Positions 1-12,990 of a stretch of 64,000 nucleotides of DNA are shown piece after piece. The position numbers and the translations under genes were made by a program. The stretch is from assembly GCF_902713615.1 (NCBI RefSeq), contig NC_052154.1, positions 91,705,030-91,769,029 on the forward strand, written 5' to 3'. The stretch comes from Scyliorhinus canicula. Taxonomy: Eukaryota. The number at the start of each line of letters is the position of its first letter. The first letter of the stretch is position 1. A model generated the notes under the pieces. That model had not been told where the DNA came from and did no database searches. It saw only the letters and a program-made list of their open reading frames with translations.

Positions 1-398
1 TTCATCAGAAAGAGGGATCTCAAAGAAACATATAAAATTCCAACAGGGCTGGACAGGGTAGATGCAAGGATGTTCCTGATAGTGGGTGTATCCAGAACCA
101 GGGGTCACAGTCTTAGGATATGGGGTAGACCATTTATGACGTAGATGAGGAAAAATTTATTCATCCAGAGAGTGGTGAGTCTGTGTAACTGGTTACCGCA
201 GGAATTAGTTGAGGTCAAAATATTGTATGATTTCAAGAAACAGTTAGAAATAGTACATAGTGCGAAAGATTCAAAGGACATGAGGGGTAGGTGGGATTCG
301 TCTATTGAGTTGTATAATCAGCTATGATCGTAATTAATGATGGTGCAGATTCAAAGCGCCAAATGGCCTCCTCCTGCTCCTATTTTCCATGTTTCTAG
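1..398 (+). mobile_element. CR1 LINE 3' end (degenerate)
   Basis: Matches C-terminal ORF2 and the aatggcctcctcctgctcctat tail seen in the intact CR1 copies in this window. Confidence 0.8.
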
Positions 399-779
399 AA
401 GGTGAGATATTATTTTCTGAAGCAGAAGGATGGATTGCTCCATGGGTAAAGTGGGTTGAGAGAATTACTTAACCGTGCTATGGAATAGATTTGAATGATA
501 TTTGTACTTTGTTTCCTTTCTTTGTTACTGACAGTCAGGAACTGTACATCTCCTCCCCAATACTTTGTGCTATGTAGAAGACCAGTCAGATGCTAACCAT
601 GTATCTGCTGATGATAAAGTTATCAAATAAATTCTGATATCTTTACAATTATTTCATCATCTCTTCTGCTTTGTCATTTAGCTATGTGTGGTTCGAGTTT
701 GCAGTTAATGATTATATAAATAAGCAAGCACTATTCCGATGTTGCATTATCAGCATTCAAAATTTCTTTGCTTTATGGA

Positions 780-1037
780 AGCACGGTAGCACAGTGGTTA
801 GCACTGCTTCCACGCAGCGTGAAGGGCTCGGGTTCTATTCCACCCTTGTGTGGCTGTGGGGAGTTTGCACTTTTTCCCTTTGTCTGCGTGGGTTTTCTCC
901 GAGTCTAAAAATATGCATTTTATGTGAGGTTATGGGGATAGGGCAGGGGAGTGAGCAATGTAGGGTGCTCTTTCAGTGGTTCGTGCAGACTCGATTGACT
1001 AAATTTCCTCCTTTTGCACTGTAGGGAGTCTATGGAT
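780..1037 (+). mobile_element. tRNA-derived SINE (HE1/V-SINE-like), degenerate
   Basis: Head gcacggtagcacagtggttagcac (A box) and ggttctattcc (B box-like), with the family body. Confidence 0.75.
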
Positions 1038-1299
1038 TGTGATGCTATTGAGTGTTTATATATAATCAGATTAACATGCCCAAGCGCACCCAGAATCTCT
1101 CCAGTTTATTGTTTTGCTGAAGTGGGGCTCAGGTGGTGATTGGGCAATTGCTTGGAATAATTAGAGCATTAATTCAAAGCTTCCTGTACTGCTCTGAAGG
1201 CGAGCGTTCAAACTAATAACACCAGCTCTGAATACTTCAAGCTGCAAAGAGGCACAAGGCAAGAATGCCCTCTGTCCCCGCTCCTGTTTGCATTAGCAA

Positions 1300-2855
1300 T
1301 CAAACCCCTGGCTGTAGCCCTACGGGGTACACAAAACTGGAAGGGAATCCAAAGAGGCAAGTGCATTCACACATATCTTCAACACCTCACTTCTCCGCTC
1401 TGAGGTTCCCACCTGCTTCAAGAAGACCACCATAATACCAGTACCAACACCAAAGAAAAACAAGGTTGCTTGCCTCAACAACTACTGACCAGTGACCCTG
1501 ATGTCTGTTATCATGAAATGCTTCACGCGGCCAGTCATGATACAGATCAAAGCTAGCCTCCCAGGTGGTCTCGATCCATTACAGTTCATCTATCACTGCA
1601 AGTGGTCAACAGCAGATGCTATCTCCCTGGCTCTACAATCAACACTCGAACATCTTGGCAACAAGGACACCTACGTCAGACTGCTGTTCGTAGACTGCAG
1701 CTCCACTTTCAACACCATTATTGCGACAAGACTATGAACAAAATTCTGCAACCTTGGAATTGACCCCACCCTGTGCAGCTGGATCCTCGACTTCCTCACC
1801 AACATACCTCAATCTGTCAGGGTAGGTAACAGCATGTCCTCCACAATAGTCCTCAATCCCAGGGCCCCACAAGGATGTGTGCTCAGTCCTTTACTGTACT
1901 CCCTATACACACATGACTATGTGGCAAGATTCAACTCCAATTCAATCTATAGGTTTGCAGATGATATGACCGTGGCGGGTCGTATCTCAAACAACGAATC
2001 AGACTACAGAAGGGAGATAGATCACTTGGTTTGTACCAAAATCAACCTCGCTCGAAATGTTGGAAAGACCAAGGAACTGATCATCAAATTCAGGAAGTGC
2101 AGTACGACACATCAACATTGACATTTACATCAATGGCTCTGAATCGGAAATGGTCGATAGCTTTAAGTTCCTGGGGGTCACCATCACCAACAGTCTGTCC
2201 TGATCCACTCACGCTTATGCAGCAGTCAAGAAAGCCCAACAACGTCTCTACTTCCTATCGAAGATAAAGAAATTCGGCATGTATGCATCAACTCTCACAG
2301 ACATCTACAGATATGCCATAGAGAGCATCCTATCCTTTTGCATTACAGTTTGGTACGGCAACTGCTCAGCCCAAGATCGCAAGAAACTGCAGTGTGGTGA
2401 ACTCAGCCCAATGCATCAAACAAGCCTGCATCGTCCCATTGATTCTGTCTATACCTCCCGCTGCCTCAGGAAGGCAGATAGCATTGTGAGAGACCCCTCA
2501 TACCCAGGCTTTGCCCTCTTCCAGACCCTTCCATCAGGCAGAAGGTACAGAAGCCTGAAGACCCGCACATCCACACATCGGAACAGCTTGTTCCCCACAG
2601 GTACAAGACTCCTCAATGACTCTCCCTTGGACTGATCTGATCCCTGTAAGAACACTATTCATGATGCACTATGCTGCTCTTGTTTGGCCCTTTTTCTGCA
2701 CTGTAACCAATCACAATCTGTTGATGTACCATTTGTCAATGTACTCTGTCGATTAATCTTTTCTCTACTACGTACATACTGTGTACTTTCCTTTGGCCGC
2801 AGAAAAATACTTTTCACTGTACTTTGTTACATGTGACAATAAATATCAATCAATC
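1300..2855 (+). mobile_element. Rex1/Babar-type LINE, 5'-truncated, frameshifted RT
   Basis: ORF fragments LDPLQF...[51 protein letters not shown] and RFADD; ends aataaa(tcaa)n. Confidence 0.85.
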
Positions 2856-2864
2856 AATCTATCA

Positions 2865-4050
2865 AGAGGAGACAGAGAGCACAGAGTTTAGCTCTATGCA
2901 GATGACCTGCTATTATATGTCTCAAGGCCACAGGAAGGACTGAAAGCATTATCATACAGATCCTAAAAGCGTACAAAACCTTCTCAGGTTACAAATACAA
3001 CCTGTGCAAAAGCGAGGCATCCCGGTGAACCCAAATGGGAGAGGGACAGAGCTGGCGGGACCCCCATTCAAAATAGCCCAAAACAGATTCTGATAGCTGG
3101 GGATCCAAATAGCCAGAGTCTGGACATAGATCCACAAATGGAACCTGACTCGCCTGGTGGAGGAAGTCAAAAAGGACCTACAAAGATGGGACGCGGAGAG
3201 AGTGCAGACGATGAAAATGAACGTGCTGCCAAGGTTCATCTTCCTGTTTAGGTCCATATCGATCTTCATCCCCAAGGCCTTCTTCCAGAACCTAGATAGC
3301 TTCAATATGGCGTGCGTGTGTGTGTCTGTGTGTGTGTGTTGTCAGGGAAGGGGGGGGGGGGGGGGGTGGCGGGGACAAGTATCCAAGTGTCCCCAAATCA
3401 ACAATGCAAAGGAGGGAAATTAAGGGAGGCCTGGTACTGCCAAACCTGCAATATTACCACTGGGCAGCAACAGCAGAAACAGTGAGGGGATGGGTGCATG
3501 AGCCCAACTTGGAGTGGGTACAGATGGAGGAGGCCTCCTGCAAGGGAACACCCTCTGGGCCCTGGCCATGGCAGCACTCCCATCACCCTTGGTGAAATAC
3601 GCATTGAGCTCAGGGAAAATGGCCGCACTGAAATTGTGGGGCCAGCTAGGACAACATTTGTGGCTGACCAGGATATCTCCAACAGCCCCCATCTATGGTA
3701 ACCACAGATTCCCACCAGCCATGCTAAACGCAATGTTTGAAAAATGGAGACAGGACGGGGGAACGGTGACAGTTAGGGATACTATGTAGGGCACAGGCTA
3801 GCAACGCTGAACGAATTGACGGAGAAATGGGAATTGTCGACAGGATAAGAAATTGGACACTCAAAGGGGGGACTGTGTGTGTGGGGGTGTGTGTGTGTGG
3901 GGGTGGTGCGGGGGGTGGGTTGGGGGTGGGGGTCACCAAACTAGACGGCAGCAATCTGTAAATAAAGTAACATAAGGTAAAAAGCGTTTTTGCAAGCACA
4001 CGTCAATGTACATAATGTTTAAAATTGCAATAAGAAGATTTCAAAAAAAT
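2865..4050 (+). mobile_element. L1/Tx1-clade LINE 3' fragment
   Basis: SLYADDLLLY at about 2890, MNVLPRFIFLFRSI.IFIPKAFF and GGLVLPNLQYYHWAA; A-rich end near 4050. Confidence 0.85.
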
Positions 4051-4277
4051 AATTCAAAGCTGTAAATTGCACTTTACTACGTCCAGTAAAATTCAGTTTC
4101 ACTGGAAATGCAACTAGTGAAGGGATTAACGTAGTGAACGGTTAATCATTCGATGGTTCCACAGTCTGATAAAGGGATTTGAACTTAATGCTTGGTCCTT
4201 ATAAAATGGTCTACGTATAATGAATTGAGCAAATTGTCCATTCACATTTGGGAATTGTTGCTATTTATCCAGGGTTT

Positions 4278-4586
4278 CTTAGACATAGACATAGAACATA
4301 CAGTGCAGGAGGAGCCATTTGGCCCATTGAGTCTGCACCGAACCACTTAAACCCTCACTTCCACCCACTCCCACAAGCCAATAACCCTTCCTAACTTTTT
4401 TTGGACACTGAGGGCAATTTAGCATGACCAATCCACCTAACCTGGAGGAAACCGAAGTACCCAGAGGAAACCCATGCAGACACAGAGAATGTGCAGACTC
4501 CGCACATGAGTGACCCAGCATGAATCGAACCTGGGACCCTGACGCTGTGAAGCCACAGTGCTAACCACTATGCTACTGTGCTGCCC
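4278..4586 (-). mobile_element. SINE (HE1-like) at left edge of duplication
   Basis: Reverse complement has the gggcagcac..tagcatagtggttag head and a (ctatgt)-type tail. Confidence 0.85.
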
Positions 4587-4604
4587 GTTTTCTCCCGGTC
4601 CGGG

Positions 4605-4975
4605 GACCCTTCAAAGATGGAGGTAATTAGCGTAGGGCCCTCGAGCCTGCTCCGCCATTCAATGAGATCATGGCTGACCTTTCGTGGACTCAGCTCCACT
4701 TTCCTGTTCGAACACAATAACCCTTTATTCCTTTATTCTTCAAAAAACTATCCATCTTTATCTTGAAAACATTCATTGAAGAGCCTGAACTGCTTTACTG
4801 GGCAGGAAATTCCATAGATTCGCAACCATTTGGGTGAAGAAGTTCCTCCTGAGCTCAGTCCTAAATCTACTTCTCCTTATTTAGAGGCAAGCCCCCAAGT
4901 TCTGCTTTCACCCACCAGTGGAAACAACCTCCCCGCATCTATCCTATCTATTCCCATCATAACTTTATGTTTCAA
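4605..4975 (-). mobile_element. CR1 3' fragment (copies at 18482-18775 and about 21010-21385)
   Basis: MGIDRIDAGRLFPLVGESRTWG matches the C-terminus of CR1 ORF 37542-39263. Confidence 0.85.
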
Positions 4976-5097
4976 TCTATGTATATATATATATATTCTC
5001 AGTATATTGCTACAACTAGGAAGATGCCGACTACACCAGGAGATGGGAATAATTTCTATCAATGATTGGAGGAACCCAATTTAATCCCAATGTCCCC

Positions 5098-5273
5098 AGG
5101 GGCTGTTTAGCACAGGGCTAAATCGCTGGCTTTGAAAGCAGACCAAGGCAGGCCAGCAGCACGGTTCAATTCCCGTAATAGCCTCCCCGAACAGGCGCCG
5201 GAATGTGGCGACTAGGGGCTTTTCACAGTAACTTCATTTGAAGCCTACTTGTGACAATAAGTGATTTTCATTT
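5098..5273 (+). mobile_element. Second tRNA-derived SINE family (copies at about 18897-19070, 21512-21690; minus-strand 59372-59550 and partial 61010-61120)
   Basis: ggggctgtttagcacagggctaaatcgctggc...ggttcaattccc...gtgacaataag(c/t)gattttcatttca recurs at these positions. Confidence 0.85.
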
Positions 5274-5645
5274 CACATCCTCCAAAAGTATCTGAAAACA
5301 AATCATGTTATTTTCTGTGCCGTCAGTCGTGGTTTGCCGAGGACAGAAAGGTCATTGAGGAAACGGGGTGGTGGAATAAAACAACCAAAATGTTGAACAT
5401 CAGTGTCACACTGACAGTATAAAAAAAAGTGCTCTAGTCTATACAATCTGTTTTATCTAAACAATATGAAGGGGATCGCATTTCTAACCTCAAAATTGGG
5501 ATTTAAAAGCACAATTGAAATATGTTCCAACTGAACGAGTGCTTGTGAGCTTTGATTGTGATCGATGGGGTAAAAAGGCAGATTGTACATTCAGTTGTTT
5601 CAATGGGAAGGTGCCTTGTGAAGGGTTGGGGGTGTTGCGCACTTA

Positions 5646-5994
5646 GAACATAGAACATAGAACAGTACTGCACAGAACAGGCCCTTCGGCCCTCTATGTT
5701 GTGCCGAGCAATAATCACCCTACTCAAACCCACAAATCCACCCTATACCCGTAACCCAACAACTCCCCCCCCTTAACCTTACTTTTTAGGACACTGCTGG
5801 CAATTTAGCATGGCCAATCCACCTAACCCGCACATCTTTAGACTGTGGGAGGAAACCGGAGCACCCGGAGGAAACCCACGCACACACAGGGAATACGTGC
5901 AGACTCCGCACAGACAGTGAACCAGGCGGGAATCGAACTTGGGACCCTGGAGCTGTGAAGCATTTATGCTAACCACCATGCTACCGTGCTGCCC
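5646..5994 (-). mobile_element. Young SINE, distal-copy-specific
   Basis: Absent from both other copies (cacttagtgat uninterrupted); short (c)ttag duplication; (ctatgtt)n tail. Confidence 0.9.
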
Positions 5995-7063
5995 TTAGTG
6001 ATATATCTCTTCAAAATTGCACATCCTCTTGACCCACACTTACTTTATTTGCTTGTCTCAATAAGCCTTGCACTATCATTCATTTTATCCGTGACTCTCT
6101 CCTTCCATCCCGCCTATCACATATCTTGTCTTTTGCTCTCCCTCCCTTATGCACTCGTCCTACTGTTTCACTTGTGTAAACTTTGGTATATATCCAGCCT
6201 TTGTTCTCGTTCTTATTGTAGTTCATTCGACTGAAATATTAACTCTATTTTTCAATCGTGGCGCCAAGGACCCGGCTTCGATCCCCAATCCGGTTCATTG
6301 TCTGTGTGGAGTTTGCACAATCTCCCTGTGTCTGCTTGGGTCTCACTCCCACAACCCAAAGATGTGTGGGTAGATGGATTGTCCTCGTTAAATTTCCCCT
6401 TCATTGGAAAAAAAAATCTGGTTTTCATTGACTCGACAAAAGTTACCAGGTCAACTGAATAATATCGGCATTTCCTGTTCTGTTTTAGTCACTAAGACTG
6501 ATAGGAATAAAATTAACATTGAACGGTATGAATTGCTTTATTTTACTGAACTGTTGTTGGATTCGAACTAAAGTCTCCAGATCATGTTTCCAGACCTCTT
6601 CGAAATATATTTCATCATCACCTTACTATTTTAACAGCCCCAACCCCACTCCACCGAAACCCCTACATATTCAGGTTGAAGTACATGATCAAGCTTCTTT
6701 TCACTGAAATCTGCAGTGGTTCATTTAGGGATAAAAGAAAAAAATGAAAATCGAAGAGATAATTCTAAATGCAATTATGGTGGTGTAGGAAAATTCATAG
6801 TGAAGCCTCAGACAGTCAGATACATGTTAAAGGCTACAAAAATTAAGTTAGCGACAGACCCAACACTTGCAATCACAGATAATGCCAGACAAATGGCTGA
6901 AATATTAGATTAGAAAATATTTCAATGTTCATAGTAATTGAATATTTAGACATTTAACACGTTGAATATCAGTTAACCGTTGCTGGATTGGTCATTCAGT
7001 AGAAATTATCATGTCGCTTGCCAGTAGATCCAGCTGTTTCAAGGATCTTTACAGCCAAATAAT

Positions 7064-7307
7064 TTTTTTTTTTTTTTGATTTTTTAAAATAAATTTAGAT
7101 TACCCAATTATTTTTTCCAATTAAGGGGCAATTTAGCGTGGCCAAACCACCTACTCTGCACATTTTTGGGTTGTGGGGGCGAAACCCACGCGGACACGGG
7201 GAGAATGTGCAAACTCCACACGGACAGTGACCCAGAGCCGGGATCGAAACTGGGACCTCAGCGCCGTGAAGCGGTTGTGCTAACCACTAGGCCACCGTGC
7301 TGCCCTG
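7064..7307 (-). mobile_element. Poly(A)-tailed SINE with 12-bp TSD, distal-copy-specific
   Basis: TSD cagccaaataat at 7052-7063 and 7308-7319; poly-T run on + strand; absent at about 20500. Confidence 0.92.
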
Positions 7308-7574
7308 CAGCCAAATAATAATGGAAAACGGCATGTTGTCTTCATTCACTGACTGGCTGATTGCAGTTTGCAGAACCAAACAACCGTCCTTACTTGCATA
7401 GAATCCGCACAATGCAGAAGGAATCCATGCGGTCCAGTGAACCTGCACCAACCCTCTGAAAGAGCTCCCTCCTCAGGCCCAATCCCCCACCCTATTGCAT
7501 TAAACTTACCTAACCATTTAACACTAACAGGCAATTTAGCATGACCAATTAGCCTAACTCATAAGACCATACCG

Positions 7575-7925
7575 GGCAGCACTGTAGCTCAGTGGTTAGT
7601 ATAGTTGCTTCACAGCTCCATGGTCCCAGGTTCGATTCCCGGCTTGGGTCACTGTCTGTGCGGAGTTTGCATGTTTTCCCCGTGTCTGGGTGGGTTTCCT
7701 CTGGGTGCTTGGTTTCCTCCCACAGTCCAATGATGCGCAGGTTAGGTGGATTGTATGCGCAAAATTGCCGTTAGTGTCAAAAGAATCAGTTAGGTAGGGT
7801 AACGGGGATAGGATGGAGGTGAGGGGATAAGGCGAACATAGAGGCTTAGGTAGGACACTCTTTCCAAGAGCCGGTGCAGACTCGATGGGCCAAATGAGGT
7901 CCTTCTGCACTGTCAATTCTATGAT
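7575..7925 (+). mobile_element. SINE (copy at about 23356-23705)
   Basis: gggcagcactgtagctcagtggttag head, ggttcgattccc B box, tail ctgcactgtcaattctatga. Confidence 0.85.
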
Positions 7926-9730
7926 AAGGGCATTAGACTTTGGAGCTGAATTAGGGAATTCAGCCCATCGAGTCTGCTCTGCCATTGAACCATTTTTTCA
8001 AATACGTTTTTTATTGACTTCCATTTTAACACTGCACAGAAGATGATTGAAACGGTTATTATTTACAATTGACAATCTGTTCCTTTTTTGGCACACCCTA
8101 CCCATGAGACAGTTGAGTATTTTATCTAAGATCTTTCAGATTAGTCGAGGTTGTAAGCGACCAGACACGGTCTTATAAATATCTAAAGTAAGGCTTGCTA
8201 TATGGGAGTTCTAATTATAGTATACACAATGTGCCTTGTGTTCACTACCTTCAGTGTACAGATTAGACTCTGACTTAGATGCTATATTTTCCTTAACATC
8301 GACTAAATATTTCTCATTCTTGAGAGCCTGGCATGGGCAAATAACCCTTCAGATAGCCTCAAAGGATGAGAATATGATGAGTCTTATTAAATGTCACTTT
8401 TATTTGTTAAAATAGACAAGGAACTGTATGGTAAATATATATGTAATTTATTTAAAGGAAAAAGGTAATACAAGTGTTTTGATAAATTATACAGTTTGAC
8501 AAATACAGGATATGTGACGAGTTAGCCTATGAACTCCTTAAATACATAATTGCTCAAGGCATAAACGTTTCATACTTACAATGACTAGTAGTCTCAGAGT
8601 TTGATAATCAAGAGCAGAACTCTCCGAGTCAAGATAGCAGCTTGTCAAATAAACCCCCAGTAATCCCCTAAACAGCTCTCCAAGCGAAACTCTAACTTTC
8701 GCAGCTTTTGCTTAAATATTTATATCATTTTCTTACTTCGGGAGTTTCGATCCCCAGTTATTTCCAGACAAAGAACAGTCTCTCTTTTGGTCGGTAAGAG
8801 CTTGGTTTCTAAGGAGGTCTAACAAGACACTAGATATGAGGTTGATACCTCCAGTAGCTATCTTTAGAAAATCACCAGCCTCCCTTCCTTTTTTGGCACA
8901 CCCTCCCCACCCCCTCCCCATGTCCTCCCCCCAGCCTCCGCTCGCACCTCCCCTTTCCTGCTAATTTCAGCCCCTGTCTGAAGCCCTTTCCGCCACCATG
9001 GATGGATTATCTATCGCTGCCAGGTATTCTCTTTTTTGCTCTTTTAGTGTCTGGGGGCCCATGATTATCTCCATCAGCACCTGGGTCTGCGCTTAGAACT
9101 CCATGGGGATGGCCTTTCCATTTCTGTGCCACCTCATGTTGCCATCGGCTGCGAGGCTGAAGAATCTCTCCCCACATCCTTGCTGGTGTTACTTGTGGGC
9201 AGATGGCTCGAATCCATTTTCCTTTTTCTGATTTTTCTTTGGTGTAGTCAGCAGGGTTAGGCTGGTAGGGGAGGGGTGTGGGGCAGATTCTGGATAGCTT
9301 TGTCACCCGTACGATGTGGTTAAAAGTTTAGTTTTAAAGTTTTCATACTGGAGTTGTCTTGCGTGCGATCGCAGAGCACATGACCGTCCCGGGAGCCTGC
9401 TTTCCTTTTACACAAACCAAGCAACAGTTCCGTTCCTCAATCTACTCTCTTTTTTTCTCTCCCTTTTTCATTAGTTTAGTTTACTTTTCTTCCCTTTCTC
9501 TCAGGGAGAGGTTCGTGAACTTGGTCTTCCTGGTCAAGCTGGCGTGCCTGAGTTTGATCTCTGCACTGGTACACCTGGCACCGTGAGAGCTTGCCTAAAC
9601 CACATTTGCTGGCTCCTCTGCTCCCTCGCCACACCTATTGGGTCCCCAACTCCACGGCCAGTTTTAATGCTTCAGTTTTTTTTCCCCCAAATTATTTTTT
9701 CCTTTGCTCGGTTTGGTAGTCACCACTGAC

Positions 9731-9962
9731 TGGATATTAGATGTAATAACTATATATTAGATTTAGTATGGTAAGGCTCCTGTACGAGAGGTACAGGGGT
9801 AAATCCCTGCCTGCTGGCTCCACCCAGTAGGCGGCTTATAAATGTGTGTGCTCACCGGAGCTGCTCCCATTCTGGCAGCAGCTGCAGGAAGCCACACATC
9901 TCAGCTCAATGAAGCCTTGATTATTCTCTATTCTCGTCTTTGTAGTAATTGATCGTGCATCA
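9731..9962. mobile_element. Possible solo LTR (copy at 25521-25752)
   Basis: TG...CA ends, TATA-like (ggcttataaa) and poly(A)-like (aatgaa) motifs; no TSD found. Confidence 0.3.
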
Positions 9963-11134
9963 ATCGGACAGATGATCCAGAAGTGCTGTAACCTGCAGAA
10001 TAGCCACCCAGGATGTGGCCTGTACCCCATGCCCCGCACCGGAAGTGCAACTGATGTTTAAATTTGCCAAAAATATATGATAAGGTCTCTCGTATAGTGC
10101 AATAGTAGTGTCTGGGAATGAATAGCATTTTAAGTTGGAAAGGCTATGGGAAAACAAATCCATTTTTTCAAGTTGCTGGTTCATTTTTACGGGGTGCATT
10201 AAGAATGTAAGAAATTATCATTTTTATGGTGTATATTTTTAAGTAATGTTATTTAAACCTGGATTGAGATGAATGCAGATAGGGCGACTGCTAAATTTGT
10301 GTTTGAGGTGCCGTAAAAGTGAGGTATCTACTTATTTGCAGGTGAGTTGTTCTGCTAATAGATCTTGAGTAGCATATATTTGACGAGTGCTCGCTGCTGG
10401 AACATTGTTTACGTCTGAAAGACACGTGGGGTGTAGATCATTTTTGGTCCTGTCTGAAGATGTCCAGTGACATCTTGTAATGAGCACAAAAAAATGCCTT
10501 TGCTTTGCATTCAGATGATGCAGTGAATGGGAGAAGCCAGGTGTGTCTGAAAAGTTAGTTGGTCCGAGAAATCTAATGTGAACAGAAGTGTTTCAGTTTG
10601 GTCTGGAAAGGTTCTCTCTTCAAAGAAAAACAATTCAGAACCTAGTTGTTATCTTTATTCGTATGTGGTATTTGAAATATAATGGCGTTGCTCATTTGAA
10701 GTAAATGAGGTCTTTTCTTTTACTTATGAATTGTTGAAACTGTTAACTGCAAAGCTATTTATTTGTTATTAATTTCTTTAATTCTGTCTTTACATTAAAG
10801 TTTGCTTTGACACTCAAAATACCTATTGGCTAATGTTATCACACTTGTGGTGCAGTACAATTTCCTCATTGTTTCAAAAATTGAAAATAGTCGGGTTCTC
10901 GTTTGGGGTCCTAACAGTGAATGCTGGGAGATGTTTTCCACTGGCAAGGGAGACTCGTGCTAATTGGCAAAGAGGGGTGGGGTTGGGGAGGGGGGTCAGG
11001 CTGAAATAAGCAAATACTCCCAGCAAAGGGCAGCACAATGGAGCAGTGGGTTAGCACAGTGCATTCGGCACTGAGGGCCCAGGTTCGATCCGGCTCTCGG
11101 TCAGTCTTTGTGTGGAGATTGCACAGGAGGACAC

Positions 11135-12990
11135 AGAACAGTACAGCACAGTACAGGCCCTTTGGCCCATGATGTTTTGACGACCATTTATCCCAATCTC
11201 AGATCAATCTAACCTACGCCCCTTCAATTTACTGCTGTCCATGTGCCTGTCCAAGAGTTGCTTATAAGTCCCGAATGACTCTAACTCCACCACCTCCTCT
11301 GGCAGTGCATTCCACGCACCCACCTCTGACATCTCCACTATACCTTCCTCCAATTACCATAAAATTATGTCAATTCCTGACAGCCATTTCCGCCCTGGGG
11401 AAATGTCTCTGGCTATCCTCTCTGTCCATGCCTCTCATCACCTTGTACACCTCTATCAAGTCACCTCTCTTCCTTCATCGCTCTTTTCAGAAAAGCCCTA
11501 GCTCCCTCAACCTTTCTTCATAAGACATGCTCCCCAGTGCAGGCAGCATCCTGGTAAATCTCCTCTGTACCCTCTCCAAGGTATCCACAGCTTCCCTATA
11601 ATGAGGCAACCAGAACTGGACACAACATTCCAAGTGTGGTCTAATCAGGGATTTATAAAGCTGCAGCAAATCCTTGCCGCTCTTAAAATCAACCCCCTGT
11701 TAATGGAAGCCAACATACCATATGCCATCAGAATAATCCTATCAACCTGGGATATGGGTTTTGAGGGATCTATGTTCATGGACCCCAAGGTCCCTCTGTT
11801 CCTCCACACTTCCAAGAATCCTGTCTTTAACCCTTAATTCAGCATTCAAATTCGACCTTCCAAAATGAATCACTTCACAGTTATCAAAGCTGAACACTAT
11901 CTGCCACTTTTCAGCCCAGATCTGCATCCTGTCAACATCCTGTTGTAACCTGCAACAGCTCTCAATGCTATCTACAACTCCCCCAACCTTTGTGTCATTG
12001 GGAAACTTATTAACCCACCCTTCCACTTCCTCATCCAAATAATTTATCAAAAGCATAAAGAGGTGAGATCTCAGACTAGATCCCTGCAGGACACCACTGG
12101 TCACCAAACTCCAGGTGGAATACTTTCCATCTACTAGCACTCACTGTCTTCTTTTGGCCAGCCAATTCTGTATCCAGACAGCCAAATTTCCCTGTACCCC
12201 ATGCCCCTTACTTTCTGAATGAGCCTACCATGTGGAACCTTCTCAAATGCCTCATTGAAATCCATACACACCACATCCACTGCCAGACCTCCATCAATGT
12301 GTCTTGTCACATCCTCAAAGACTTCAATGAGGCTTGTGATGCATGACCTGCCCCTCACACAGCCATGCTGACTATCTTTCATCAAACTATGTCTTTCTAA
12401 ATAATCATAAATCCTATCTCTTAGAATCCTTTCCAATATTTTGCTCACCACAGACCTAAGGGTGTGCAATTCCCAGGTATTTCCTTATTCCCTTTCTTGA
12501 ACAGGGGAACAACAGTCGCCTCCCTCCAATCATACTGTACTACTCCAGTGGAGAGTGAGGACTGCAAGGATCATGGCCAACGGTGCAGCAGTCTGCTCCC
12601 TCGTTTCCCATAGTAACCTTGGATATATCCCGTCAGACCCAGGGGACTTATCCTGATGCTTTTCAAAATTTACAGCACATCCTCCTTAATATCAAACTGT
12701 TCGAGTCTATTAACCTGGTTCACACTGTTCTCATGAGCAACAAGGTTGTAGCGAATACTGAAGAAAAATATTCATTTCGGGCCTCCTCATCTCCTCAGAC
12801 TCTAGGCACAAATTTCTACTCTCACTCTGATCATCTTCTTTCTCACGTAAGTGTATACCGCCTTAGGGTTTTCCCTAATCCTTCCCACCAGTGCTTCTCC
12901 ATGCCCCCTTATAGCTCTCCTCAGTCCTTCCCCGCTACCTTGTAACCCTCTAGAGCCCTGCCAGGTGTTTGCTTCCTCAACCTTACAATT
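11135..12990 (-). mobile_element. CR1 LINE, 5'-truncated, degenerate (copy at about 26945-28810)
   Basis: RT motifs QHG.V.GRSC.T.LIE.FE, VPQG-like VLQGS and KF.DDTK.GG; YEERLRELGLF; agaacagtacag tail. Confidence 0.9.

Noticed and set aside
5398-5430. cagtgtcacactg palindrome with A-run resembling an RSS
   Set aside because: No proper CACAGTG heptamer with 12/23 spacer and nonamer, and no adjacent gene segment.
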